Source: Eledone cirrhosa (lineage: Eukaryota). From it: a DNA stretch of 64,000 nucleotides. A program made the translations under genes and the position numbers. The notes under the pieces are model-generated. The model was not told the origin of the DNA. It ran no database searches and saw only the letters and a program-made list of their open reading frames with translations. The stretch is from the NCBI GenBank assembly GCA_964016885.1, contig OZ024740.1, positions 140,306,001 through 140,370,000 of the forward strand. Direction: 5' to 3'. Positions within the stretch are counted from its first letter, which is position 1, and each line of letters starts with the position of its first letter. This document shows, in pieces, positions 13,636 to 25,735 of the stretch.

Positions 13636-14072
13636 ATTTCAGTTTAAGACTGATACCATGAGATCTTCCTTTCTGACAAGACCCTTTATCAACACACACA
13701 CCTTAGACATATATTGCTTCTGTCGGCAGTGACGCCCCCCCCCCCCCACCCCCACCCCCACCACCACCACCACCACCACCACCCACAGATGATGATAACT
13801 CCTCAAGCCTTGAGGATTCTTAACTACTTAGCATCAACCGAAGATCGTAAAGATAGAAACCAGATTTGGAATGACGAGGAATAGTGGTGTATAGTAAAAG
13901 GGGGAATGTGAATTTTTGATGAGAATAAGGGGTTATGGTTGGTGTCAGGTGGTTATAGTAGTGGCTATGGTGGTGGTGTTTGCGACGTGGGGGGGGGGTA
14001 GTGATGGTGGCGAACGAGTGACCTTAGTTTAGACAAGTTACATGTATTATATGTGTTTCTATACTTGTGTAA

Positions 14073-14201
<129 letters not shown>

Positions 14202-14273
14202 GTGATTAGATGGATGGATATATAAATCAACGGCTGGGTGGGTTGGTTGAATAGATGGAGGGTTCCACGTGTG

Positions 14274-14353
<80 letters not shown>

Positions 14354-15084
14354 CAGAGAAGGAGAGAGATGTCTCTAGCAAATTAAGTAGCCGTAAAGAG
14401 TGTTGATATTACTAAGATACGCCCGTTGGAGGTAACAGCATCACATCGTACTTCGGTCTCCATCTAAACTACCCTTAAACTCATAAACCATCAGTCCATA
14501 CCCTCTGTTTAATTTACTCGGACACCCATCCTTCCATCATCCATCTACCCAATTGTAGAACCCTCCACCTCCATCTACCCAACTGTGGTTCTCTCCATCT
14601 ATCCAACCACCACACCCAACCGTTCATTTATAAATCCAACCACCTATGTATGTATCCAAGGGCCTTGTACCAGGGGACAGGTCCCTCCCCCCACACACAC
14701 ACACTTTTTCAAACGTCTATATTTTATTTTTGGTTTATTTGATATAATAAATTCTTTTTAAACTTATCTTTTTTATATCTGAACTTCATTTGAATATATA
14801 AAATTTAATTAGCGTAAAATGTTACTTATGTGACAGGGTCCGGGGAGGCACCATAAGCAATTTATGCTCCTTTAAGAATCAACAAATGTTGGTTTGTCCC
14901 GCCCCCCCCTCACATTTTTAAGGCCAGCGAGGCCCCTGGATGTATCTATCTAACCACCTATATATCCATCTAGCTATTCAGCCATCTATCTCTGCAGCCA
15001 TCCATCTAACCATCTATCTATTTACCTAGTCAGCCATCTATGTATATATCCATTCCATCCACCAGTCTATCTATTATCTTCCTA

Positions 15085-15200
15085 TTCAATCAACCATCCA
15101 TGTCCTTGTACTAATCCATTCAATCAACCATCCATGTCCTTGTACTAATCCATTCAATCAACCATCCATGTCCTTGTACTAATCTATTCAATCAACCATC
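15085..15200. repeat. 35-bp tandem repeat, 3 copies plus a partial
   Basis: attcaatcaaccatccatgtccttgtactaatcc repeated. Confidence 0.9.
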
Positions 15201-15249
15201 CTTTAGCCAATTAAGCGTTTCTCTGTCATCGCTCAATCTTCTTTAAATA

Positions 15250-15465
15250 ATGATTTCTACTATAGGCACAAGGCCTGTAATTTTGAGGGAGAGGAAAGTC
15301 GATTAAATCGACCCCAATTCGTGACTGGTACTTTATTTTATCGAGCCCATAAGGATGAAAGGCAAAGCTAACCTCGGCGGAATTTGAACTCAGAACGCAA
15401 AGGGCCGTAACTCAATGCTACGAAGCATTTGTCCTATCCGACGCTCTAGCAACTTTTCCAATTTG
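15250..15465 (-). mobile_element. tRNA-derived SINE (family B)
   Basis: ggatgaaaggcaaagctaacctcggcggaatttgaactcagaac, the reverse complement of the 18551 copy. Confidence 0.8.
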
Positions 15466-15814
15466 CTTCTTTCCTTAATTCACACACAACCGCAACAGTT
15501 TCTAACCTGTGTTCCGCAAATTTACTATTGGTGGTCCATGAGCTAAGTTCAAAATTTCGAGTAATTTGTTAAAAACATAATATTCACAGGCTATTAGGTA
15601 TCCAGCCTTCTCTAATTATAAACATTGCTTTTTGTTTTGTTTTGTTTTTTTCGAATGTTATTCTTACTGGAAGGGGGGTAATTCTAGTGAGGGTGGGGAA
15701 ATAGGTTTAAATAAAAGGGGTCCTTGGTAATGAAGTATTTGGGAACCATTGTCTTAGATACATGATTTTAATCATAGGTTTACTGAATGAGGGCCGACTT
15801 AAAGCAAAACAATA

Positions 15815-16000
15815 TGATGGTGGATGTGGTGGTGGCGGTGGCGGCGGCGGTGGCGGTGGCGGTGGTGGTGGATGTGGTGGTGGCAGCGGCGTCGGCGGTG
15901 GCGGTGGTGGTGGTGTTGGCGGCGGTGGCGGTGGAGTTTGCGGTGGTTGTGGTGGCGGCGGCGGTGGAGGAGGAGGAGGAGGAGGAGGAGGAGGTTTTGG
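15815..16000. repeat. (GGT/GGC/GGA)n microsatellite
   Basis: Directly visible. Confidence 0.9.
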
Positions 16001-17665
16001 TGGTAGCGCTGTCGAATATGGTGTTTGTGGATGTGGTGATGGAGTTTATGGTGTTGATGTTAGTATTGGGTGAGAAGTTATGTTGTGACACACATATGTC
16101 AGGTGAAGACGGCTAAAATAATTTCATTAAGTGAAATATCGCTTGGTGGTCTCTTCCTTGACAACTAGCGACACCACAATCCCACTACCCTGTCCCACAT
16201 AGAAGTTATCTACCTTCAACTAACTACTCACATACTTAGTTAATACCAACCTACCCTCCTACCTAACATACCTGCCTGAGATCGTCCGTCAGTTTCGACG
16301 ATGAACATTCATTTATTTGATCACCTGAATGTCCAGCTTGTTTAAAATAGTTGAGTAAACACAATGTAACAAGCCAGAATTTTTGGATTACACGTACAGT
16401 CCATCTGATGGGCTTCCACACAGTTTCTGTCTACCCAATCTCTCTTACAAAGCTTGGGTCAACCCAAGGCTATGTTAAACCACTTGCCTAAGACGCCACT
16501 CAGTGAGATCGATCGAACCCAGAAACTTATGATTGCAAAGCGAACTTCTTAACCCCTCAGCCATACCCGCGTCCCCTGCCCACCTGCCTTCATAACTATC
16601 CGACCCAATGAGGGTGTTTCATCATGGTCGCTCAACCTGCCAAAAATAGCAGTCAAATCTCCTTCAAATCACACCATATCGTCTTCTTTAAAAAGGGACA
16701 GGTTGGGTAATGTGCTCAAGAGTTCATTCCATATAACAAGAAGCCGGGATAGTCACGACTGGGATGTGTTTGATTGTTAGGTCAGGGTTAATTTGGGGTA
16801 AAAACAACAGTAACAGTAACAACTATAACTGCCACAGCTATCTATCACAACCAGCACCATCACTAATGTTAGTACAACCACTACCGTCACTAACACAACC
16901 ACCACCACTGTCTCTATTACTACTGTTACCACTCTTATACCTATACTCCCACTCCCTCTACAGCAACCCCCACACACCACCACCACCATACTAACTACCG
17001 ATATCCCTACTTTCAGTACTACCCACTACTATCAATACTGTAATCACTAGATCATAATTGATGACATCCATCCACAATGGCCACATCAGCCAACGTAACA
17101 TTCAACGGCAACCACAACGGCTACAATACTAGGAGCTTCTGATAATTCGACCTGCTAGAAATAACAGTCAAATCTCATTAACGGTTACATAATCATTCCG
17201 CAATTCTGATATTACCAACAAAAATTGAAAACTACCTTATCCTTTTATATATATACATTAATTGCCTGCTGGCATTTAATGTCTGGAAAGGTTTTAGGCA
17301 CTACCATTGTTACTATCGCACCGTATAGGCTATGGTACTTGGAGACTAGAGCTGAATGCTACTATTCTATTGTACAGCGATTCGAGACAGATTTTCTCTA
17401 ATAACCGATTTGTTCACTCACTTGTTAATTTATGTTTGACTTGAGATATGTTGGTGAGTCCTTATGGAGGGGCAGAATGAATAGAATTTCGACACCTACC
17501 ATTACGTAAATTTCTGAACCTGTGGCCAATCGGTTGACGGTAATTTGATAACGCGTATGGATTTCAGTTACTAAGGTACTACTGTGTCGACTGTCGCAAT
17601 CACTGCCATAGGCGGCACGGACTGGAATCGAATTCTGTCGATCGATTGGTTATTGATTAGGCGAG

Positions 17666-17778
17666 ACCCGCTGATGAAGCCACATGCGCCGACTGTGCAT
17701 TGCTGCATAATAAATGCAGACAGTAGATGATGTACGCTCTGTTACTGCATTAAGTGTGGCCGAAACTTGAGTACGAGT
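17666..17778 (+). ncRNA. Type I hammerhead ribozyme motif with a long stem II insertion
   Basis: acccg-CTGATGA(17671)-a-gccacat...gtgtggc-c-GAAA(17762)-cttgag-TA^-cgagt; all core nucleotides present, one mismatch at 10.1-11.1 and one in stem I. Confidence 0.7.
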
Positions 17779-18550
17779 ATAGATTTATGGTAACCATTTA
17801 CGTGTGTTGTATTGAAGCAATTAACTTTGTGTCTACTCTGGGATTTTTACATAACATTACCTATTGGTTACGCTGGGATGCAACCGGTACTAGCAGGGAA
17901 ACTTATGCTAGTCCCGTTATTATATATATATATATAATATATGTATATATATATATGTGTGTGTATGTGTTTGTGTGTGTATACATGTGTACATATACAT
18001 GTATATATATATGCATGTGTGTGTGTGTGTATGTAGACAGGCGTATATGTGTCCATATCAATATGAGTATCAGCGTCCGTTTGTGTGAGTATGTACATGT
18101 GTATTGATGTGTTTTATTATGTTTTCTATATGTACTTTATTTTTATTTGATTAAATGTGTGTCTATAGGTTTACATTCTTATGCGTGCTTGAGCACTTTA
18201 TTAAAGTATATACTGTAGCCTATATGTGTGTTTGTCTGTGTATGTATATCTGAACGTGTTAGTTTATATATTTCTGTGTGTATATTTGTGCACACTAATG
18301 GTGTGTGTGTGTGTATGTGTACGCTGGTGACCAAAGTGGACCAGATCAGCTACGAGAGTAGACATAACATTTTAATGAGCTCTTGTTAAAAAGGACCAAG
18401 TTTAAATAATGATTGGTAATAAACTGGCATTAAGTGGTCACCTAATGACGACTAATCTCCTCATTACGACCCAGTTCAACAACATAGCTTATATTGAGCG
18501 TTGGTCAGTCAATCGGTCAGCTGCCTTAGCCATCAAATCTACAGCCGTTC

Positions 18551-18732
18551 TGGATTGGCAGTATCGGTAAAGGGTCGCACGACATGCTTTGACGCATAGA
18601 GTTACGGCCCTTGCCATTCTGAGTTCAAATCCCGCCGAGGTTAACTTTGCCTTTCATCCTTACGGGGTCGATAAAATAAAGTACCAGTAATGCACTGGGT
18701 AATTGCTGGCCTTGTGCCAAAAGTAGAAACAG
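18551..18732 (+). mobile_element. SINE family B
   Basis: A-box-like tggcagtatcgg, B box gagttcaaatcc, core gccgaggttaactttgcctttcatcc; highly similar to 58603-58788. Confidence 0.85.
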
Positions 18733-19684
18733 TTATTATCATTAATATTTATTTATTTATTTTAGTTTGGGATTTTATAATCATTTATAGGGGTGTGTGG
18801 ACTCATGGGTGTCCTAGTGCCGGCACCCGGTAGTTAGCGCCCCAGGCTAACTCTACAATGTGCATTTCATTCTCCCAAATAAAATAGTACTAACAGCTTG
18901 TGTCTTCGGTCCCCGCACTGCCGTTTTCCTCCGCAAAATAGAGAGGAACCTTTTTAAATGGCTGATGCATCGGGTATCGCTCTCGCCATCTTGACCACGA
19001 GGCGCAACTGAGACGCACCTCACAGGCACGGGTTTAGGGGATACACCTTTCTCATTTTTAACTGATTTTTTTTCTCTTTCTTCCCTCGTCCTTTTTTCTT
19101 TTTTTCTCTCTTCTTGTTTGATAATTATTACAACTGAAAAGTTTGGTAAGCTGACGAATCTAGTTTTTCATATTTTTTGCTTTGATCATGATAAGAAAAT
19201 TAGAATCTGCATTTTCTACTACACAGTCCAAACTCAGCCGTACTAAACCATATGACTTGTCATAACATCATACGACCTTCTCCGCCACTTTAGATATTTC
19301 TACAACGTTGCTGTGCGGAAAAAATATTTAGCTATTAATTTATTGATCGCAGGAAATTATTATATATCCAATTTAATTATACAAATTCTTTAAGGCTCAG
19401 TAAAGCGCCTCTCTGTGGTCTGAGGTTTTTGTTGGCCTTAATGAGGTAGAACTGGGTGTTTGTAGACTAAGTTCAAAATTATATGTACTTTCTTATAAAC
19501 ATAATATGCACACGCTATTGGGTATCCATTTTTCTGTAAGTTTCTCTCTTTCGATTGATATTCTCACAGTATAGCAATCTGAGAGGAAGGAAATACATTT
19601 TAGCGGGAAGGGGGTTCGTTTCAAATGAAAGAGTGTCCTTGCTAATGAAAAGTTTGAGGACCACTATCACATTAGTATATAATA

Positions 19685-19900
19685 TTTTCTAATTTGGCAC
19701 AAGGTCAGCAATTGGAGGAGGGAGGAAAACCGATTATATCGACTCCAGTACTTGGCTGTTATCTTATTGTATCGACCTGGAAGGATGAAAAGCAAATTTG
19801 ATCTCGGTGGGATTAGAACACAGAACGTAAAAAGTCGCAACAAATACTGCAAAGGCATTTTGTCCAATGCTCTACCAATTCTGCCAATCCACCACCCACT
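19685..19900 (-). mobile_element. SINE family B
   Basis: Reverse-complement similarity to the 18551 copy. Confidence 0.75.
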
Positions 19901-20126
19901 ATATTAGTTAGTAAAGAATATACAGTGTTCACTTATGGGATATTGAGATAGATATATGAGGAGAAGGAAAGAAAAGAAGAAAGAAACAGGAAAAAAGGAA
20001 TTCCACTACCACCATCACCACTTTCAACTAGGAATGTATAGTTTAGTTTATTTTAGTACCTAATTAATAACAATATTGATAGTAGTTTTCAGAAAAACAA
20101 AACTATTTACATTACTCTATGATTCA

Positions 20127-21105
20127 TCTATATATATAAAACTGTGGTTGTCTGTCTGTCTATCGATTTTTGGCACACATCTCCTCTTAGAATCTCTCAC
20201 AGAATTGCACCGAAATTGCTATACTTGTACATTGAGCCCTAGCGAAGACATCGGAAAAAAAATAATTTCAAATTGACCCACCCTATGTAACGAAATCGAA
20301 TATAATGTATCGATTTTTGAGCGTAAGTGATCAGTTATTTCCCTTTGTTCTGTTTACATTGAGCGTCTTACGTAAAAAATTACGCTGGCTTTCTCAGCGT
20401 TTAAAATGACATTAACACAATACACGAAGCTTCCGTTTTGCTTCATTTCCATTTAAAAGCATTTTAAAACAATATTTTTACTTGAAAACAAGTCTATTTA
20501 AAGACTACGTAAAACAAGCAAATATTTCATCGTTAGGCGTGCAGACAGACAGTCGTGCAGACAGACAGTCGTGCAGACAGACAGTCGTGCAGACAGACAG
20601 TCGTGCAGACAGACAGTCGTGTAGAGAGGTGATATACGCGTGCAGACAGACAGTCGTGCAGAGAGGTGATATAGGCGTGCAGACAGACAGTCGTGCAGAG
20701 AGGTGATATAGGCGTGCAGACAGACAATCGTGCAGAGAGGTGATATAGGCGTGCAGACAGACAGTCGTGCAGAGAGGTGATATAGGCGTGCAGACAGACA
20801 TAACTGATAATTTGGTTAAGCTAATGTTTTTCTCTGCGTTGCAGTGTTTACATTTTCGATCTTTGTTAATAAATAACCAGTGCAGTTTCTATCCCCAGCA
20901 TCCTCTTTTGTTATAACATTCGGGTTATCGTTATGTTTTCTTAACTTCATAAGGCATATTGTTGGTTGAGGGAATATTAATCAAAAACACCACATGCAAG
21001 TCTGCACAGTAGACACTACAGTTTTTAAGCCAAGAAAGAAACTTAACATTGTAACTTTAACACAGCTACTGAGCGACCCCGAGCAGCGCCGGGCTTTACT
21101 GCTAG
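20127..21105 (+). mobile_element. Non-autonomous Helitron with internal 16/34-bp minisatellite (20540-20800)
   Basis: A|TCtatatatataaaa start; hairpin cccgagcagcgccggg; CTAG|T end. Confidence 0.85.
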
Positions 21106-21239
21106 TTATCCGATAAATAAAAAATGTTAAAACTACACGCGTTATAGCAGGTTATTCGCGCAAAGTGAATATTTAATATTTTTTCAGTGCACGTTAAAGC
21201 GAATTCGCGTATTTCAAGATCGCGTAAAAAGTGAACAGA

Positions 21240-21288
<49 letters not shown>

Positions 21289-21523
21289 ATTGCTTGTTTC
21301 TTAACTAGCTATTCTGTACTTGCCTAACACATTTGCACTCTCTCTATACGCTTGCATATGTACTGCAAAAATTGACACTGTTAATGACAACACTAATATC
21401 TATGTATCTTTTCGATTGTTCTGTGGAATAAGAAGTTAATTATATGTCTAAACTTTGCTGGTGCTCCGATGAAGAAAAGATTGTCAGCAATAAAATGTTT
21501 TGAACATAGTTTTGATTATTCTG

Positions 21524-21577
<54 letters not shown>

Positions 21578-21718
21578 AGGACCCACCATATTTATCAATG
21601 CCAGGACCGGTTGTATCTCAGCGTACTCTATGGGAAATGAAAGATACATTCCCAGAGTTTACACATAGTTATTCGTTTCAATACAAAACACGTAAAACGG
21701 GTGCCTATAATAGTTCCC

Positions 21719-21768
<50 letters not shown>

Positions 21769-21810
21769 AAGAGGTTATAGTTCACTTGAAGCATTGTGTA
21801 ATGAGGTATA

Positions 21811-22007
21811 AACGTTTGTATATGTATAATAAAGCCAAAACAATGCAGGTATGGACATAGAATAAAGAATGCAAATGCAAAAGATATTGTTGACAATTAG
21901 TCTTTTACCAGGTAAAAGACTAATTGTCAACAATATCTTTTGCATTTGCATTCTTTATTCTATGTCCATACCTGCATTGTTTTGGCTTTATTATACATAT
22001 ACAAACG

Positions 22008-22009
<2 letters not shown>
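21811..22009. repeat. Perfect 199-bp palindrome with a 1-nt centre at 21910; arm matches the PLE1 terminal sequence 6616-6705
   Basis: Arms checked base by base; arm nearly identical to 6616-6705. Confidence 0.95.
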
Positions 22010-22050
<41 letters not shown>

Positions 22051-22054
<4 letters not shown>

Positions 22055-22659
22055 TAAGTTAATTTTTATTTATTTTTTTTTTTTTTAAGATTTTTCTTAT
22101 TTTACGTCTTTTATATTATTGTTCTGCATCCTCCTGCATTGAACCACCTAGGTACTATGACATAATCTGTGTATTTGCTGGCATTAGCGTACATCCGTGC
22201 GCTTATGTTAGTAGATATATTAAATTATCTATATTTATCTCCAAATCACTGATTTGTCGAGCAAACCTGCCAAAACCACTTCTAAATTTTTTTGGGGGGT
22301 GTTAGTAGGCGTCTGTCATCTTACCATCCCATTCCTACTGACTAGCCTCTGTGTCACGTGATTGATTCTTTAGAATCGGCCATATGATCAGTGGCAGTGA
22401 GAATTTTCAGTACCTGGAATTCAGTCCTCGATAGCTGTTCCATTTACCGAATTATTATTATTTTTATATGAGTCCCCAGTGTCCGCGCATTGCCTGGAGA
22501 CTTGGCTGAGAATGACCTCCCTGATGACGCAATGAAATTCTCAACAGTTCATTACGTAACTGTCTTTATCCCATTGCAGAAACTAATTAGTTGGAGTGAA
22601 AATTTAAGTAAGTAAGTTAATTTTTTTTTTTTTTTTTTAAAGATTTTTCTTATTTTACG

Positions 22660-22669
<10 letters not shown>
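22051..22669 (+). mobile_element. (TA)n-flanked ~620-bp cassette with ~60-bp direct terminal repeats and one hammerhead (retrozyme-like)
   Basis: taagtaagttaatt(T)n-aagatttttcttattttacgtcttttata at 22051-22116 and 22609-22669. Confidence 0.75.
22517..22596 (+). ncRNA. Type I hammerhead ribozyme motif
   Basis: ctcc-CTGATGA(22521)-c-gcaatg...cattgc-a-GAAA(22579)-ct-aatt-ag-TT^-ggag; stems I, II and III all pair; stem III is palindromic. Confidence 0.75.
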
Positions 22670-22719
<50 letters not shown>

Positions 22720-22872
22720 CAATAATATTAAGACACCCTAATGGGTGTTAAACCCCCTATAGTGAACATTTTGGAAGCCCATAACTTTTTCTACTAATTA
22801 AACGTAAATCAACAAAAAAAGCACTTCTCTTTTATAGTAAAATTTGGCTAATTTAGGGCAAAACATCACTAG

Positions 22873-23340
<468 letters not shown>

Positions 23341-23359
23341 CCAAATTATATATATATAT

Positions 23360-23621
23360 ATATTAAAATCCAAATATTAATAAAATAGATGTTCTATTGA
23401 ATAATTAAATTTTTTATACATATCTCAGAGGTACAACAGTACGTCCTCATCAGACAAAACATAATGATACATGACATACCCTGAGATGTTAAATGGTTAA
23501 GATTTAATCAAGGTAGTATATTTTGTCTGATGAGGATGTACTATTGTACCTCTGAAATATGTATAATAAAATTTAATTGATCAAAAGAACATCTATTTTA
23601 TTAATATTTGTATTTTAATAT
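23360..23621. repeat. Imperfect inverted repeat (~100-bp arms, ~55-bp spacer) with a hammerhead in each arm
   Basis: Arms 23360-23463 and 23517-23621. Confidence 0.9.
23520..23572 (+). ncRNA. Minimal type I hammerhead ribozyme motif
   Basis: attttgt-CTGATGA(23527)-gga.gtac-tatt-gtac.tct-GAAA(23554)-tatgta-TA^-ataaaat. Confidence 0.85.
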
Positions 23622-23774
23622 TAATAACTCTGGAAAATTATTTTACTGTACAGTGCTTCCAATCTACTGTAAAACTCATTCTTTGATGTACTCATTGAAT
23701 CCCGTTTAACTCTTTAATATATATATATATATATATATAATATAAGATCAAAAGATGGTTAAAGGAGTTCCATG

Positions 23775-23845
23775 TATTTTATTATGCGCATTTCAAAAAC
23801 AAACATCATCATGCAATAATATTTGTGTTTTCATCAGATAAAACA
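23775..23845 (-). ncRNA. Minimal type I hammerhead ribozyme motif (mirror copy)
   Basis: Reverse complement of 23964-24034. Confidence 0.85.
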
Positions 23846-23963
23846 GGAGAACATGATATGAAGGCTAAAAAACACTTGTGGATAGTGCAGTTTTAAATCA
23901 ACATATGTTGATTTAAAACTGCACTATCCACAAGTGTTTTTTAGCCTTCATATCATGTTCTCC

Positions 23964-24034
23964 TGTTTTATCTGATGAAAACACAAATATTATTGCATGA
24001 TGATGTTTGTTTTTGAAATGCGCATAATAAAATA
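23964..24034 (+). ncRNA. Minimal type I hammerhead ribozyme motif
   Basis: tgttttat-CTGATGA(23972)-aaacacaaata...tgtttgttttt-GAAA(24015)-tgcgca-TA^-ataaaata; 8-bp stem I; palindromic GCGC loop III. Confidence 0.88.
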
Positions 24035-24155
24035 CATGGAACTCCTTTAACCATCTTTTGATCTTATATTATGTATACTCCAGTCCTACAAACTGTAGAG
24101 TGCTTCTTATCCGATATCTGCATTGCTTTATTGTACTACATTAAAACTCACCTCC

Positions 24156-24211
<56 letters not shown>

Positions 24212-24217
24212 CCAATT

Positions 24218-24435
24218 ATGTGGAATAAATATACTTATATTTTTATTAGTTGTTTATTATTTTACTGAGTGTATATATATATACACTCAGTAAAATAATA
24301 AACAACTAATAAAAATACAAGTCTATTTATTCCACTCAGTAAAATAATAAACAACTAATAAAAATACAAGTCTATTTATTACACTCAGCAAAATAATAAA
24401 CAACTAATAAAAATACAAGTCTATTTATTCCACAT
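24218..24435. repeat. 49-bp unit: one inverted copy, a short (TA)n, then three direct copies
   Basis: cactcagtaaaataataaacaactaataaaaatacaagtctatttattc at 24284, 24333 and 24382; reverse complement at 24218-24271. Confidence 0.9.
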
Positions 24436-24959
24436 ACTACCACCATAAATGAAACTTAAGGGCCAATCCGCCTCGTTGTCCCGGACGACTGGATAGGTGA
24501 AAAACATGTTTTGAGTTCTTTTGTATCTAGAATACCTTCACTATCCTCCAGGATAATGTTGTTGTTTTTTTCTATTCTGTCCACTGGGACCATGAGGCGA
24601 CGTGTGCCTGGAGTTCCGCACGTCGGAGAACGATCTCCTACATTGTCCAGATATATACCAATGTGATAGTGATGATAGTAGTTTGTGTATTACTCTTAGT
24701 TTTATTTGTATAAGCGTTATTGACTTGCTACCTAAAACTAAACGAATCTTTGTTTTTTAATAGCAGATGGAATTATTTTTTTTTTTAATAGAACTATAAC
24801 TTTTTTTACGAACATCAAAACACGAGTGAGTCTTATACACCAGTGAGTAATTTAATCCGAAAAATACAGTACTCTTGGAGTACTCGTAGGCATCACACTG
24901 GCTGACATAGAAACAACACGAGAGTGATGACATGTGGTTAAACAACATTGCTGTTGCTA

Positions 24960-25095
24960 TTTCTTCTTCTTCTTCTTCTTCTTCTTCTTCTTCTTCTTCT
25001 TCTTCTTTTCATTTTTCTTTTTCTTTTTCTTTTTCTTTTTCTTTTTCTTTTTCTTTTTTCTTTTCTTTTTGTTTTTCTTCTTCTTCTTCTTCTTC
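24960..25095. repeat. (TTC)n/(TTTTTC)n microsatellite
   Basis: Directly visible. Confidence 0.95.
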
Positions 25096-25229
25096 TTCTT
25101 CTTCTTCTTCTTCTTTAGGCATTGCATTGTTTGTAACTTTAGAGTTTGTTTTTTTGTTAAGCACCGGGTGTCTGATCTGTAGGTAGCAGTCAGCAGAATA
25201 CACTGGTCATAAACTTGACGTTTCAAGAC

Positions 25230-25503
25230 GATTGGTTTGAAAATCGAAGCTTCGGAAGTTAAGCTTGTAGTCGAACAATCAAAGAAAGGGAAAGCGCCCC
25301 GAACCCGACAATATCATCATCGATCTCATTAAGGCAGGAGGCGAACTCATCTACGAGAAACTCACCAGCCTTTATAATGAATATCTCAGGCAAAACAAAG
25401 TTTCGGACGAAATGAATGAAGCAGGCATCATACTTCTGTATAAAAACGGAATCCCAAAGAACATCTCCAATTACAGCCCCATATGTCTTCTAAACAACAG
25501 CTA
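25230..25503 (+). mobile_element. LINE (RTE-like) RT N-terminal fragment
   Basis: Manual translation across a frameshift: KKGKAP/PDNIIIDLIKAGGELIYEKLTSLYNEYL...IILLYKNG..KNISNYSPICLLN. Confidence 0.75.
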
Positions 25504-25524
25504 CTGCTGCTACTAATACTAATA

Positions 25525-25735
25525 CGGGTTTCTAATTTAGACGAAAGGCCAACAATTTAGGGGGGGGCGATTAAATCGACCCCAGTGCGTTACTGGTACT
25601 TTATTATTTCATCGACTCCGTAAGGATGAAAGGTAAAGGTAACCTTGGTGGGATTTGAACTCAGAAGGTAAAGGGACTTAACTATATGCCGCAAAGCATG
25701 TTGTCCGACGCTCTACCGATATTGCCATTCCACCG
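25525..25735 (-). mobile_element. SINE family B
   Basis: ggatgaaaggtaaaggtaaccttggtgggatttgaactcagaa. Confidence 0.75.

Larger units (their letters stand above)
23737..24072. repeat. Perfect 336-bp spacer-less palindrome
   Basis: Centre ...aatcaacat|atgttgatt... at 23904/23905. Confidence 0.95.

Noticed and set aside
21460-21515. CCGATGA...GAAC possible hammerhead
   Set aside because: Two core mismatches and no convincing stems
24284-24435. Regular repeats resembling a CRISPR array (also 20540-20800, 40660-41700)
   Set aside because: No unique spacers, no cas genes, eukaryotic context
24459-24500. HDV-like ribozyme candidate (also 43085-43135)
   Set aside because: P2/P3/L3 of the nested double pseudoknot cannot be formed
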